53,909 nt of DNA from a virus (lineage: Duplodnaviria > Caudoviricetes), in the IMG/VR virus record IMGVR_UViG_3300048597_000276, positions 1 to 53,909 of that record; one strand, 5' to 3'. Positions within the stretch are counted from its first letter, which is position 1; each line of letters opens with the position of its first letter. The translations under genes were made by a program, and so were the position numbers. The notes under the pieces are model-generated. The model saw only the letters and a list, made by a program, of their open reading frames with translations. It ran no database searches and was not told the origin of the DNA. This document shows positions 15,515 to 24,006 of this stretch, piece by piece.

Positions 15515-18500
15515 TCACCAGTGCTCGTGGTTGACGGGGGCGACCGCTGCCTTGAGGCGCGCGCGCACGCGGCGCTCGACATGGTCGATCGAGGCGTAGA
15601 ACTGAGCCTGTGGGCTGGCACCGCCGATGCCCTCGCGCATGATCGCGATCACCACGTCGGCGGCGATCTGCGAGCCGAGGCAGCGGCAGGCGTCGTGGTA
15701 GAAGTCGACCGCCTGGGTGGCCATCATGCCGTCGTCGTCGGCGAAGAACTGGTCCCAGGTCCGGATCACGTCCTGGCACAGCTGCATGGCCGGACCGATG
15801 CCGGCGGCACAGCCATGCTCGCCCGGGTGGCGGCCGGCCTGGACGCAGATCTCCTTGGCCCGGATCATGCTGTCGCGCATGACGATCATCCGAGAGAGCT
15901 TGCGCTTGGGGTAGGCCGCGAGGTCCCGCGCCAGCATCGGCAGGTTGCGGGCGTACCGCTCGCCGCGGCGGCTGTTGTCGACGTAGCCGACATGGGCCAG
16001 GGCCACGTCGGGCAGGAGCGTGGCGCAGCCCGTGCCCTCGTTGATCCCGATCTCGGCGTGCTCGTGCAACATGCCCCAGAACCGCATGGGCTTGCCGCTC
16101 TTGCGCTCCGGGCGCCGGCGGAACAGCCGGCCGGGGATGTCGGGCGGCCAGGCCGCGTCGACCGCGAAGTGGCACTGGCGGATCGCGAAGGTGTGCACCG
16201 GGCTCTCGCGCAGGTAGCGCCAGAGCAGGGCCGGCGAGATCAGCTTCTCGTCGGCGTCGATCATGAGGATCCAGTCGCCGCGGCACCGCTCGAGTGCCGC
16301 GTTGCGCGGCGTCTCGAAACCGACCTCGAGCGGGCTGGCGTGCTCGAACAGCACCGCCCCGTACTGCAGCGCGATCCGGCGCGCCTCCTCACCCATGCCG
16401 CAGTCGGCGATGACGATCTCGTCGACGATCGGTGCGATCGACCGCAGGCACCAGTGCAGGTTGTCGGCGGCATCCCGGCCGCCGACCATCATGCACGCCG
16501 AGAGGGTCTGCCGGGGCCGCTGCTGGGTCAGCTTGCGGTCCCAGTCCAGCTCGCCGAGCGGCGCCCCGTCGGCGAAGTAGGTGCAGTAGGTGTTGCCCAG
16601 CGGCAGGCCGGTGACCGGGCACCACTGGTCGGCGACCTGATCGAGGATGAAGCCCGGCTTCTTCCTCAGCAGGTCCTCGAAGTCGGGAACCTCGAACTCA
16701 CGGATGTGCTGGCGCGGGTGGGTCTTGGGCTGCTGCGTCTCCCAGGGCCCGAACGGCGTCGAGATCAGGATCAGCGCGCCCTTGGCCGCCACCGCCTCGA
16801 GCCCCTGGATCACGCCCGTCGGGTCGAAGACGTGCTCGAGCACCTCGGCCATGACGATCACGTCGAAGTGGCCGCCGACCAGCTTGGCCGGCAGGAGCTG
16901 CCCCTCGTGGCCCCGGTAGAAGGCGATCCGGCTCGGCTCGTCGCAGAACTTGTCGGCCAGCCCGCGCGCGCGGGCGATCTCATCCGAGCTCGCGTCGATG
17001 CCGACCACGGTCGAGCCGGGGAAAGAGTTGGCGAGGACGATGGCGCACTCGCCCTGCGAGCACCCCCAGTCCAGGATCCGCAGCGGCTTGCCGGCCTTCG
17101 CCAGCGGCGACCGCTCCGCGATCATGTCGCGCATGCGGGCATAGCGGCTGAAGGGCGCTTCCTTGAACCGCGACGGTGGGGCCTGCAGCAAGCCCTCGGT
17201 GATGTGGCCGTTGTTCGGCCCGACCTTGGTGTCGTACAGCTCGGCCAGCGCCTCGCGCGACAGCGCATGGGCATACCGGGCCCGCAGCTCCTCGGCGAAC
17301 CGGTCCATGCGCGGGTCGGGGCCTTCCGCGAACCGCCAGTGATCGCGGTCGCGCTCGTACTGGGCCACGACCCGGAACGCGGCCTGGATGTCCTGGCGCT
17401 GGTAGAAGTGGCGTGCGAGCGCGAACGGGTCCGAGCAGGCCCGCCTGACGATGGCCTCGACCTCGGCCTCGACCTGCTGTGCCACACCGCCCCAGCTGAG
17501 CTCCGCGGCACGGTGGCGCCCCATGACGGACAGGTGCCGGGCATAGTCCCGGTCCTCGAGCACGCGCAGCGTGGCCGTGACCAGGTCCTCGACCACCTGC
17601 GGAGCGCCGGCGTGCGGGGCACCGGCCGTCGGCACCAGGATCCCGGCGTCGCCCACCGTCTCGGGCAGAGCACCGCGGTCGGTGGAGATCCAGGGCAGGC
17701 CGCACGCCATCGCCTCCATGGCGGTGATGCAGCTCGTCTCGTTGAAGCCGGGGTCGATGGGGGCCGGCGTCGGATAGACCGCGGCCGAGCCCGAGGCCAT
17801 CAGCCGGTAGAGCTCGGCCTTGCCGAGCGGCTCGTGCCAGACGACGCGATCGCCGAAGCCGGCCGCGAGCTGGCGCAGGTGGCGGTAGTAGGGCTCGATC
17901 GCCGGGTTCGGCATGTCGTAGGCGGCGACGTGGAGCTGCACGCCCGGGCGCGCCTGGAGCAGCCGTGGCAGGATCCCGCCCAGCAGCACCTCCAGCCCGC
18001 GCTCGGGGCGGTTGGTGTAGATCAGCCGGTCGGGCACGCGCTTGACGTCGCGGGTGGCCTTCTCGATCACCTCGAGGTCGATGCCGTTGCGGCTGACCAG
18101 GAAGTCCTCGGCCGCGAGGTCGGTGCAGAGCTGGAGGTACTGGTCGCGCTGGAACTCGCTGACCGTCATGATGCGGTCGATGCCGTGCACCGTCGCCATC
18201 AGCTCCTGGGTACGCCGGGCCTGCATCAGGTCGTGGACCCACAGGATCGAGGCCTTGGCGTGGGTGCGGACCGCGAAGTAGCGCGGGTTGCGCTGGACCA
18301 GGAGCAGGTCGCAGGCGAGCGTGCCGGCCATGCTCTGGAAGGCGTCGAGCGGCAGGAGCATCACGCCCCGCCAGTGTTCGGGCTTCTCGACGTTGGCGAA
18401 AGCGATGACGCGGTGGCCGCGCTCGACGAGCGCCCGGGCCAGCTGCAGGCCGGCAGTCTCGCTGCCGCCCAGGGAAACCGCGAGGGGATCGGGCATCTGC

Positions 18501-18541
18501 AAGGCCAAGCCTGGGATGACGAACCTCACGTCGAGTTTCAT
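15515..18541 (-). CDS. three-domain fusion: GT-B glycosyltransferase + class I SAM methyltransferase + GT-A (GT2) glycosyltransferase
   Basis: LGGSET, YTNRPERGL and ETSCITAMEAMACGLP (GT4-like); ILDWGCSQG...VVGIDAS...EVLEHV (MTase); LSACMM...DEIVIADCG...RNAALERCRGDWILMIDADE (GT2, DxD). Confidence 0.9.
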   Translation of the reverse strand: MKLDVRFVIPGLALQMPDPLAVSLGGSETAGLQLARALVERGHRVIAFANVEKPEHWRGVMLLPLDAFQSMAGTLACDLLLVQRNPRYFAVRTHAKASILWVHDLMQARRTQELMATVHGIDRIMTVSEFQRDQYLQLCTDLAAEDFLVSRNGIDLEVIEKATRDVKRVPDRLIYTNRPERGLEVLLGGILPRLLQARPGVQLHVAAYDMPNPAIEPYYRHLRQLAAGFGDRVVWHEPLGKAELYRLMASGSAAVYPTPAPIDPGFNETSCITAMEAMACGLPWISTDRGALPETVGDAGILVPTAGAPHAGAPQVVEDLVTATLRVLEDRDYARHLSVMGRHRAAELSWGGVAQQVEAEVEAIVRRACSDPFALARHFYQRQDIQAAFRVVAQYERDRDHWRFAEGPDPRMDRFAEELRARYAHALSREALAELYDTKVGPNNGHITEGLLQAPPSRFKEAPFSRYARMRDMIAERSPLAKAGKPLRILDWGCSQGECAIVLANSFPGSTVVGIDASSDEIARARGLADKFCDEPSRIAFYRGHEGQLLPAKLVGGHFDVIVMAEVLEHVFDPTGVIQGLEAVAAKGALILISTPFGPWETQQPKTHPRQHIREFEVPDFEDLLRKKPGFILDQVADQWCPVTGLPLGNTYCTYFADGAPLGELDWDRKLTQQRPRQTLSACMMVGGRDAADNLHWCLRSIAPIVDEIVIADCGMGEEARRIALQYGAVLFEHASPLEVGFETPRNAALERCRGDWILMIDADEKLISPALLWRYLRESPVHTFAIRQCHFAVDAAWPPDIPGRLFRRRPERKSGKPMRFWGMLHEHAEIGINEGTGCATLLPDVALAHVGYVDNSRRGERYARNLPMLARDLAAYPKRKLSRMIVMRDSMIRAKEICVQAGRHPGEHGCAAGIGPAMQLCQDVIRTWDQFFADDDGMMATQAVDFYHDACRCLGSQIAADVVIAIMREGIGGASPQAQFYASIDHVERRVRARLKAAVAPVNHEHW

Positions 18542-18556
18542 TTAGGTATCCTGCGA

Positions 18557-18568
18557 GGTTAGCAACGC
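18557..18568 (-). promoter_or_regulatory. 12-bp motif GCGTTGCTAACC shared with the terS upstream region
   Basis: Exact copy at 28645-28656; both copies are preceded by ATAG on the minus strand. Confidence 0.5.
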
Positions 18569-18611
18569 TGGTCCTATACTCCCGTTCCTGTCCTGGGAGA
18601 AGAGTCCGCCG

Positions 18612-18641
18612 AAACGACAACGGGCGGCCGAAGCCGCCCGT
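18612..18641 (-). terminator. hairpin/terminator after the major capsid gene
   Basis: ACGGGCGGC-TTCG-GCCGCCCGT followed by TGTCGTTT. Confidence 0.65.
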
Positions 18642-18672
18642 CGCACCCTCGCAGGGTCTCCTAGACCGCCGG

Positions 18673-19647
18673 TCAGGCGGTCTTGATGAGGTAGGAGAGC
18701 GGCCGGCCGCTGATCTGCTCGCTCTGGTAGTAGCCCGCCTCGAGAACCTCGATCTTGGGCTCGCCGGCCTTGTCGTAGACCGAGCGGAAGACGGCCAGAT
18801 CGAGGGTGTCGCCCGCACCCGTCTTGTAGGGCAGCTCGGGCGGGTTCCACCTGAACCTGGTGACGAAGTTCGGCGACATGTCGCTCGGCGCCGACGGGTC
18901 GATGTAGGCGAACAGGCAGATCCGGCCCCAGATGCCGGAGTTGCTCATGCTCTGGCCTTCCTTGGCCGAGTTGTAGATCGCGTCGGCGGTAATCATCCGC
19001 CCGACCTTGAACACGTCGTCGCGCAGGCGCTGATCCGGCAGCTCGCCGCCGCTCGTGTACTTGAACAGCTCGAGCAGGGTGGCGTTGCGGCGGACCTCGT
19101 TGATCGACTGCCAGTCGATGATGACCGCGTTGGGCCTCATCCCGGTCAAATTCCAGATCGCCGTGTGGGCGCTGTTGACCTGCCCGAGGATGTCGGTCGA
19201 TGCGGTCCATGCGCCCGAGACGATCGTCTGCGGCCCGCCGGAGCTGGTCATCAGCTGCGCGACCCGGAACTCCTGGGCGCGCTTGAGCTGGGTGACGACC
19301 AGATCCGCGTGGTTCTCGCGGACCCGGATCGCGGTGTCCGCGTTGGCCACGTCCTCGAGCGCGATGTCGGCGCCCAGGGCCCGGTTCGGGCAGAAGTAGG
19401 TCGCCGACCCCGTGGTGAAGCTCACGCGGCCGGGCACGGCGCGCGGCGCGCGGAGGTCCTGCGGGATACGCAGCCAGGGGTCCGGATCGAACACGCGGTA
19501 GAGACCGGACTGCTTCTCGACCGGGATGGCGGGCGCCACCTGGTCGGCGATGAAGCTGCCGCCCTCCTTGCGGAACGCCATGCTCGCGAAGCGGCTGAGC
19601 ATGGGGTCGTAGTAAGCCGAACGGCCGACGGGATAGGTGCCAGGCAT
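18673..19647 (-). CDS. major capsid protein (HK97 fold, lambda E-like)
   Basis: DPMLS...FIADQVAPAIPVEKQSG, GMRPN; strong RBS; synteny. Confidence 0.9.
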   Translation of the reverse strand: MPGTYPVGRSAYYDPMLSRFASMAFRKEGGSFIADQVAPAIPVEKQSGLYRVFDPDPWLRIPQDLRAPRAVPGRVSFTTGSATYFCPNRALGADIALEDVANADTAIRVRENHADLVVTQLKRAQEFRVAQLMTSSGGPQTIVSGAWTASTDILGQVNSAHTAIWNLTGMRPNAVIIDWQSINEVRRNATLLELFKYTSGGELPDQRLRDDVFKVGRMITADAIYNSAKEGQSMSNSGIWGRICLFAYIDPSAPSDMSPNFVTRFRWNPPELPYKTGAGDTLDLAVFRSVYDKAGEPKIEVLEAGYYQSEQISGRPLSYLIKTA

Positions 19648-19661
19648 CTACGTCTCCCTCC

Positions 19662-20051
19662 TCAGTTCACCGCGCCGACGAGGCGCCAGGGCGTGCCGAG
19701 GCGGACCTCCATCACGTCGCCGGGCACCGCCTTTTCCATGGCGCGCCCGAGGACGATGTCTCCCGAAGCCGCGGCCACCACGCCGCCCGAGGCGCCCGTG
19801 GTGATGAAGGTCTGCGGGGCCACGCTGTTCTGGCAGTAGACCCGGGCATAGCCCTCGACCGCGACCGAAGCGGCCTCGCCCGAGCGGGGCGAGTTGTAGA
19901 GGACGCCGGCCAGACCGTTGGTGGCGGCAGCGCCGGCCGAGCCGACCAGCGCGACGCCACCCGACCCGTTCCAGCTCACGAAGCGGTAGAGGGCCCCCGA
20001 GAGGTCCCCGACCGCAGGGGCCGTGACGACCCATGGCTCAGCGACGCTCAT
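19662..20051 (-). CDS. capsid decoration / cement protein (DUF2190-like)
   Basis: Small Gly/Ala/Val-rich protein between scaffold and capsid genes; GRAMEKAVPGDVMEV. Confidence 0.75.
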   Translation of the reverse strand: MSVAEPWVVTAPAVGDLSGALYRFVSWNGSGGVALVGSAGAAATNGLAGVLYNSPRSGEAASVAVEGYARVYCQNSVAPQTFITTGASGGVVAAASGDIVLGRAMEKAVPGDVMEVRLGTPWRLVGAVN

Positions 20052-20054
20052 CGC

Positions 20055-21419
20055 TTACCTCCCAGCCGCCGACCAGCGGCGCTTCAGCTCGGCGTTGTTG
20101 GGATTGGCCAGGACCTGAGTCCGCGCCTGCTCGTAGGAGAGGCTCGGGTTCTTGACCATCAGCTCGTCGGTCATCTGGGCCAGGGCCAGGCCGGCGTCCT
20201 GCGGCTCGCCCATCAGCTCGGCGCGGGCCTCGCCGGCCATGTCGCTGCCGCGGACCTGCTCGGAGAACAGCACGTCGACCCGCTTGTTGATGCGGTCGGC
20301 GAGGTCCTCGAGCACCTTGGCCGGATCGGTCGCGGCCGCGGCCTCGTCGGCGTCGCGCTTGAAGGTCACCGCCTTGGGCGCCTCCGCACGGGTGACCATG
20401 TCGGCCAGGGCGCGGAAGTGGCCGTGGAAGGCCGGCACCTTGCAGCGCCGGGCCAGCTGGTCGATCCGGTCCTGCCGGCGCAGCTCGGCGGTCTCGGCCG
20501 TCTGCCGCTGCAGCTCCTGGTTCTGCTCCTCGAGCCGCTGCAGGCGCAGCGCCATGTCGCCGCCGCCGTTGGCCGCCAGCTTCTCGGCGTCCGCGAGCCT
20601 GCGGTTCAGCTCCTCGTTCTGCCGCTGCAGTTCGGCGAGCCGCACCGCAGCGTCTTCGGCCCCGGGCTGAGCCGGGGTGTTGTCAGGGGTCGGCATCCCG
20701 GGATCCTTCGGTTCGTCGGGGGTGAGCTGGAGGAACACGCTCTCGGCACCGGCCGAGAACGCGGCCAGGGAAGCGGAGACCGGCTTCAGGCCGGAGACCG
20801 CCGGCGGGTGTGCGCCCAGCAGCGCCACCGCCTTGAGCACGACAGGGAGCTTGATCTTGTCGACCTTCAGGTCGAACCAGACCTCGGCCGAGACCGCGTC
20901 GTATCGCTTCTCGCGGATCAGCTCGACGAGCTCGTCGGGCACGTCGCGGAAGTCGGCGACCAGCACGTCGCCCTCGAGCCGGAGGTTCTCGACCCAGCCC
21001 CAGGCCGGGGCATCCTCGGCCTTGACGTGGCCGACCTTCACCGGCGGGCTGAACCCGGCCAGGGCGAAGGCGTCGACCATCTTGGCCAGGTCGTCCTTGG
21101 TGAACTTGTTCCCGTTCCAGGTGCCGACGCGCATGATCTCGACGCTGGAGATCTTGGCCGAGAAGGCACGCTCGGCCGGGGCGTCCTTCTTGATGAACCC
21201 CTCCGGGTTGAGCTCCAGCGTCTGGGCTGGCTTGTCGTCGTTCTCGTACCGCTGGGCACCGGAGCGCGAGGCGTAGTCGCCGCACAGCATGTTGGGCCGA
21301 TAGCCCTCGTCGGCGCCGAAGTCGTTGAGCTTGCAGCCCATGCCGTCGTCGCGCCGGCTGAAGCAGCCGTCGCAGCGGTCGTGGCCAGGGGCGACGCGAT
21401 AGTCCTTCGGCTTCGGCAT
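20055..21419 (-). CDS. Mu-like prohead protease / scaffold with N-terminal 4-Cys domain
   Basis: EIMRVGTW, PPVKVGH, APAWGWV, YDAVSAE, VALLGAHPPAVSGL; coiled-coil C-terminus; start at MPKPKDY. Confidence 0.85.
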   Translation of the reverse strand: MPKPKDYRVAPGHDRCDGCFSRRDDGMGCKLNDFGADEGYRPNMLCGDYASRSGAQRYENDDKPAQTLELNPEGFIKKDAPAERAFSAKISSVEIMRVGTWNGNKFTKDDLAKMVDAFALAGFSPPVKVGHVKAEDAPAWGWVENLRLEGDVLVADFRDVPDELVELIREKRYDAVSAEVWFDLKVDKIKLPVVLKAVALLGAHPPAVSGLKPVSASLAAFSAGAESVFLQLTPDEPKDPGMPTPDNTPAQPGAEDAAVRLAELQRQNEELNRRLADAEKLAANGGGDMALRLQRLEEQNQELQRQTAETAELRRQDRIDQLARRCKVPAFHGHFRALADMVTRAEAPKAVTFKRDADEAAAATDPAKVLEDLADRINKRVDVLFSEQVRGSDMAGEARAELMGEPQDAGLALAQMTDELMVKNPSLSYEQARTQVLANPNNAELKRRWSAAGR

Positions 21420-21534
21420 CCGACCTCTCTCCGCTGGAGGCGGTAAAGCACCGCCACTCCAATCGGATAGCGATCCTATACCACGGGATCGGGCAATGAG
21501 AATAGATGGCTGTTTAGGGACGAAAGTCCGCTGA

Positions 21535-21903
21535 TTAGAAGGCGAGCGCCCTGGTGCTGACCACGATGCCGTCGAGCAGGTCGTAGTAGCCGGCCGGATT
21601 GACCAGCCGCAGGACGCCATGGTTGCGGCCGCCCATCAGAGCCGTGATCGAGTTCGTCATGGCGATGTCGAGCAGGCCCAGGCTCTGATTGACCACGGTG
21701 ATCCCGGAGCTCGGCGCGCTGAGGACGAAGGCCGGGCTCGCGAGTGGCACGTCGCCGCTGTAGTGGAACAGCGCATATTGCAGGCTGGTCCAGCCCGCGA
21801 GATCGAAGGCCGTGCCCGACTGGGTGACGACCTCGACGCCCAGGACCAGCGAGTTGCCGGCCTTGATCGGCTCGCCGACGTCGCCGATCGCCTCGGTGCT
21901 CAC
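21535..21903 (-). CDS. small beta-sandwich virion protein (BppU N-terminal-like)
   Basis: GTG overlapping the upstream stop; IKAGNSLVL...FDLAGW...GLLDIAMT pattern. Confidence 0.6.
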   Translation of the reverse strand: MSTEAIGDVGEPIKAGNSLVLGVEVVTQSGTAFDLAGWTSLQYALFHYSGDVPLASPAFVLSAPSSGITVVNQSLGLLDIAMTNSITALMGGRNHGVLRLVNPAGYYDLLDGIVVSTRALAF

Positions 21904-22496
21904 GGCAGGCTGTAGTCGAGATCGTTGACGGTGTAGGTGCCCTGCGCACCGAAGGTCTCGGGAACGATCCGGCTGACCACCACCGCCGCGTCGCCGTCCG
22001 AGGTTAGGTTGATCGCCGTGCCACCGCTGGTGGCCGCGACCTTGAAGGTGTCGGTGGTGGCGTCGCGGACGAAGTAGATCGTCCCCTCGGTCAGGCCGCC
22101 CGGTGCCGTGCCGTTGAGGAAGACGATCTGGTTCGTGTCCGAGAAGCCGTGCCCCTCGCTGGAGATCACGTCGGTCGAGACGTCGACCTGGATCTCCTTG
22201 TAGCCGGTCGAGCCCAGCGGGAACATGCCGCGGAAGGTGCCCGACGTGCTGGCCGAGAACAGCCCGACGAAGCAGATCGTGGAACCCGCCGGGACGTCGA
22301 ACGTCTCCGATCCGGCCCAGCTCTTGACCGCAGCGGATGCCGCCGACCAGGCGATGGCCTGGCGCGCATAGGCCGGCGAGCCGCCGGAGACCTCGTTGGC
22401 ACCCGTGGTCGACCATGCCGTGTGCAGCGAGGCGTGCGTCGCCAGGGCGTCGATACCATCGAGCAGCGAGTTCCTGGTCGCGACCGTCATCGTCAT
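21900..22496 (-). CDS. virion fibre/appendage protein
   Basis: LHTA...NEVSGGSPAYARQAIAW...FDVPAG plus an inserted HGFSDT...YFVRDATTDTFKVA module. Confidence 0.7.
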   Translation of the reverse strand: MTMTVATRNSLLDGIDALATHASLHTAWSTTGANEVSGGSPAYARQAIAWSAASAAVKSWAGSETFDVPAGSTICFVGLFSASTSGTFRGMFPLGSTGYKEIQVDVSTDVISSEGHGFSDTNQIVFLNGTAPGGLTEGTIYFVRDATTDTFKVAATSGGTAINLTSDGDAAVVVSRIVPETFGAQGTYTVNDLDYSLP

Positions 22497-23953
22497 GCGC
22501 GGACCCTTATCAGTCGTCGGTCGGCATATCTGCCTGTCATGGGTATTCTATCCCGGATCGTCGTGCGGAGGTAGATCACTCTCGCCGGCGGCTGGCCCGG
22601 GTCCTCGCCGGCACCGCAGACCACGTTCGGGCGGCTGGAGCCGGCGGCGGCACCGTTGCCCGCGCGCGCGCCCAGGGCGATCACGTTGCCCGCCGTCTGG
22701 CCGCTGGCTGATGTGGCTGCGGCCTTGCGGCCGGCCGCCGCCGCGCCGCTCCGCGCCTCGGCTTGCGCCGAGAGCACGATGATCTTGGCCCCGGTCGCGG
22801 CCGCACCTGTGACCTGCGCCGCCGAGGCCGAGCCGGTCGCATGCTTGCCGCCGGCGACGGTAGCACTGCTGCTGGCCGAGCCCGCGGACGAGCTCGAGGC
22901 ACCAGGCTCCAGGACGGTGACGCTGCAGCGGTTCGCGCCAGCCGCCGCGCCCGACACGGCCTTGCGGCCCGAGGCCGAAGCACTCGCGACGGCCGCACCT
23001 GCCGCACTGCGCGCAGCGCCCTTGCTGCCGGTGACCGTCGCGCGCGGCGCATGCGCCCCAGCGGCCGAACTGGCGATCGCCTTGCCGCCAGCGGCAGTCG
23101 CACTCGCACGCGCGGCGCCCGAGGTCGGTGCCGCCGACGCATGGCCGCCCGAGGCAACCGCGCCATCGGCCGTCGCGGACCCGGCCGCCAGCCCTGCCCC
23201 GGCCTTGATGCCAGCCGCCGCCACCGAGGACTCGGCCGAGCCCGCAGCCGTGCTGCTGGCATTCATGCTGCCGGTGACGGCGACGTCCGACCGCTTCGAG
23301 CCGACCGCGCGCCGCTCGCCGAACGGCATGATCTCGATCAGTTGGCCGACCGAGCGCACGTTCGCGCTGGTCCAGGCAGCACTCTGCGGGCCGCTGGTCA
23401 GCGTGTAGCGGATCTCGACGGTCTGCTGATTGGCGATGAACTCGGCGAGTTCGTCGGTCAGCGGCGAAGCCGACGGTGAGTTGATACCCGTCATGCCGGC
23501 GATGCCGAGCACCAGGGACGCGACGTCGGGCAGGCTCGGCAGGCTCGGCGCCGGGTCGCCGGTATTGCTCGGGGCCGACGCCGCCTGCGGGATGTTGGGG
23601 CTGCCACCCGGCACCTCGATCGCGGTGACCGAGATCGTGGACGCGTTGGTGCTGGTCAGGGTGATCGTCATCGCCGAGGGCGAGTCCGGCGCCTGCGCCA
23701 CCCACGTCGTCACGCGGGCGGAGGGCGAAACGCCGCTGACCGCGGTGCCGTTCGCGATCTCCGTCCAGGTCAGCCCCGCGCCGTTGTCGTTCAGCGAGAA
23801 AGGATCAGGAGCCGTGCCGGCGCCGATGCGCGCGACGCCGGTGATCTGGATCAGCGCGCCTGCGGTCGGCGTGAAGCTGTCGCTGGTGACCGTGTTGGTG
23901 CTGGCGCCCTTGGTCGCTGGCGACGTCAGCGCGACAGGTGCGGAAATCGCCAT
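22493..23953 (-). CDS. Ala/Ser/Gly/Thr-rich fibre-like protein
   Basis: N-terminal beta domain followed by ~250 aa of low-complexity A/S/G repeats. Confidence 0.7.
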   Translation of the reverse strand: MAISAPVALTSPATKGASTNTVTSDSFTPTAGALIQITGVARIGAGTAPDPFSLNDNGAGLTWTEIANGTAVSGVSPSARVTTWVAQAPDSPSAMTITLTSTNASTISVTAIEVPGGSPNIPQAASAPSNTGDPAPSLPSLPDVASLVLGIAGMTGINSPSASPLTDELAEFIANQQTVEIRYTLTSGPQSAAWTSANVRSVGQLIEIMPFGERRAVGSKRSDVAVTGSMNASSTAAGSAESSVAAAGIKAGAGLAAGSATADGAVASGGHASAAPTSGAARASATAAGGKAIASSAAGAHAPRATVTGSKGAARSAAGAAVASASASGRKAVSGAAAGANRCSVTVLEPGASSSSAGSASSSATVAGGKHATGSASAAQVTGAAATGAKIIVLSAQAEARSGAAAAGRKAAATSASGQTAGNVIALGARAGNGAAAGSSRPNVVCGAGEDPGQPPARVIYLRTTIRDRIPMTGRYADRRLIRVRA

Positions 23954-24006
23954 CGCAGGCTCCCGGCTAGGTGGGCAGCCTTATAGCAGGAAGCGATGCC
24001 TACTGT

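Noticed and set aside
18545-18580. Sigma54 promoter at the TTGC-containing late motif
   Set aside because: The required GG-N10-GC spacing is not met in either copy.
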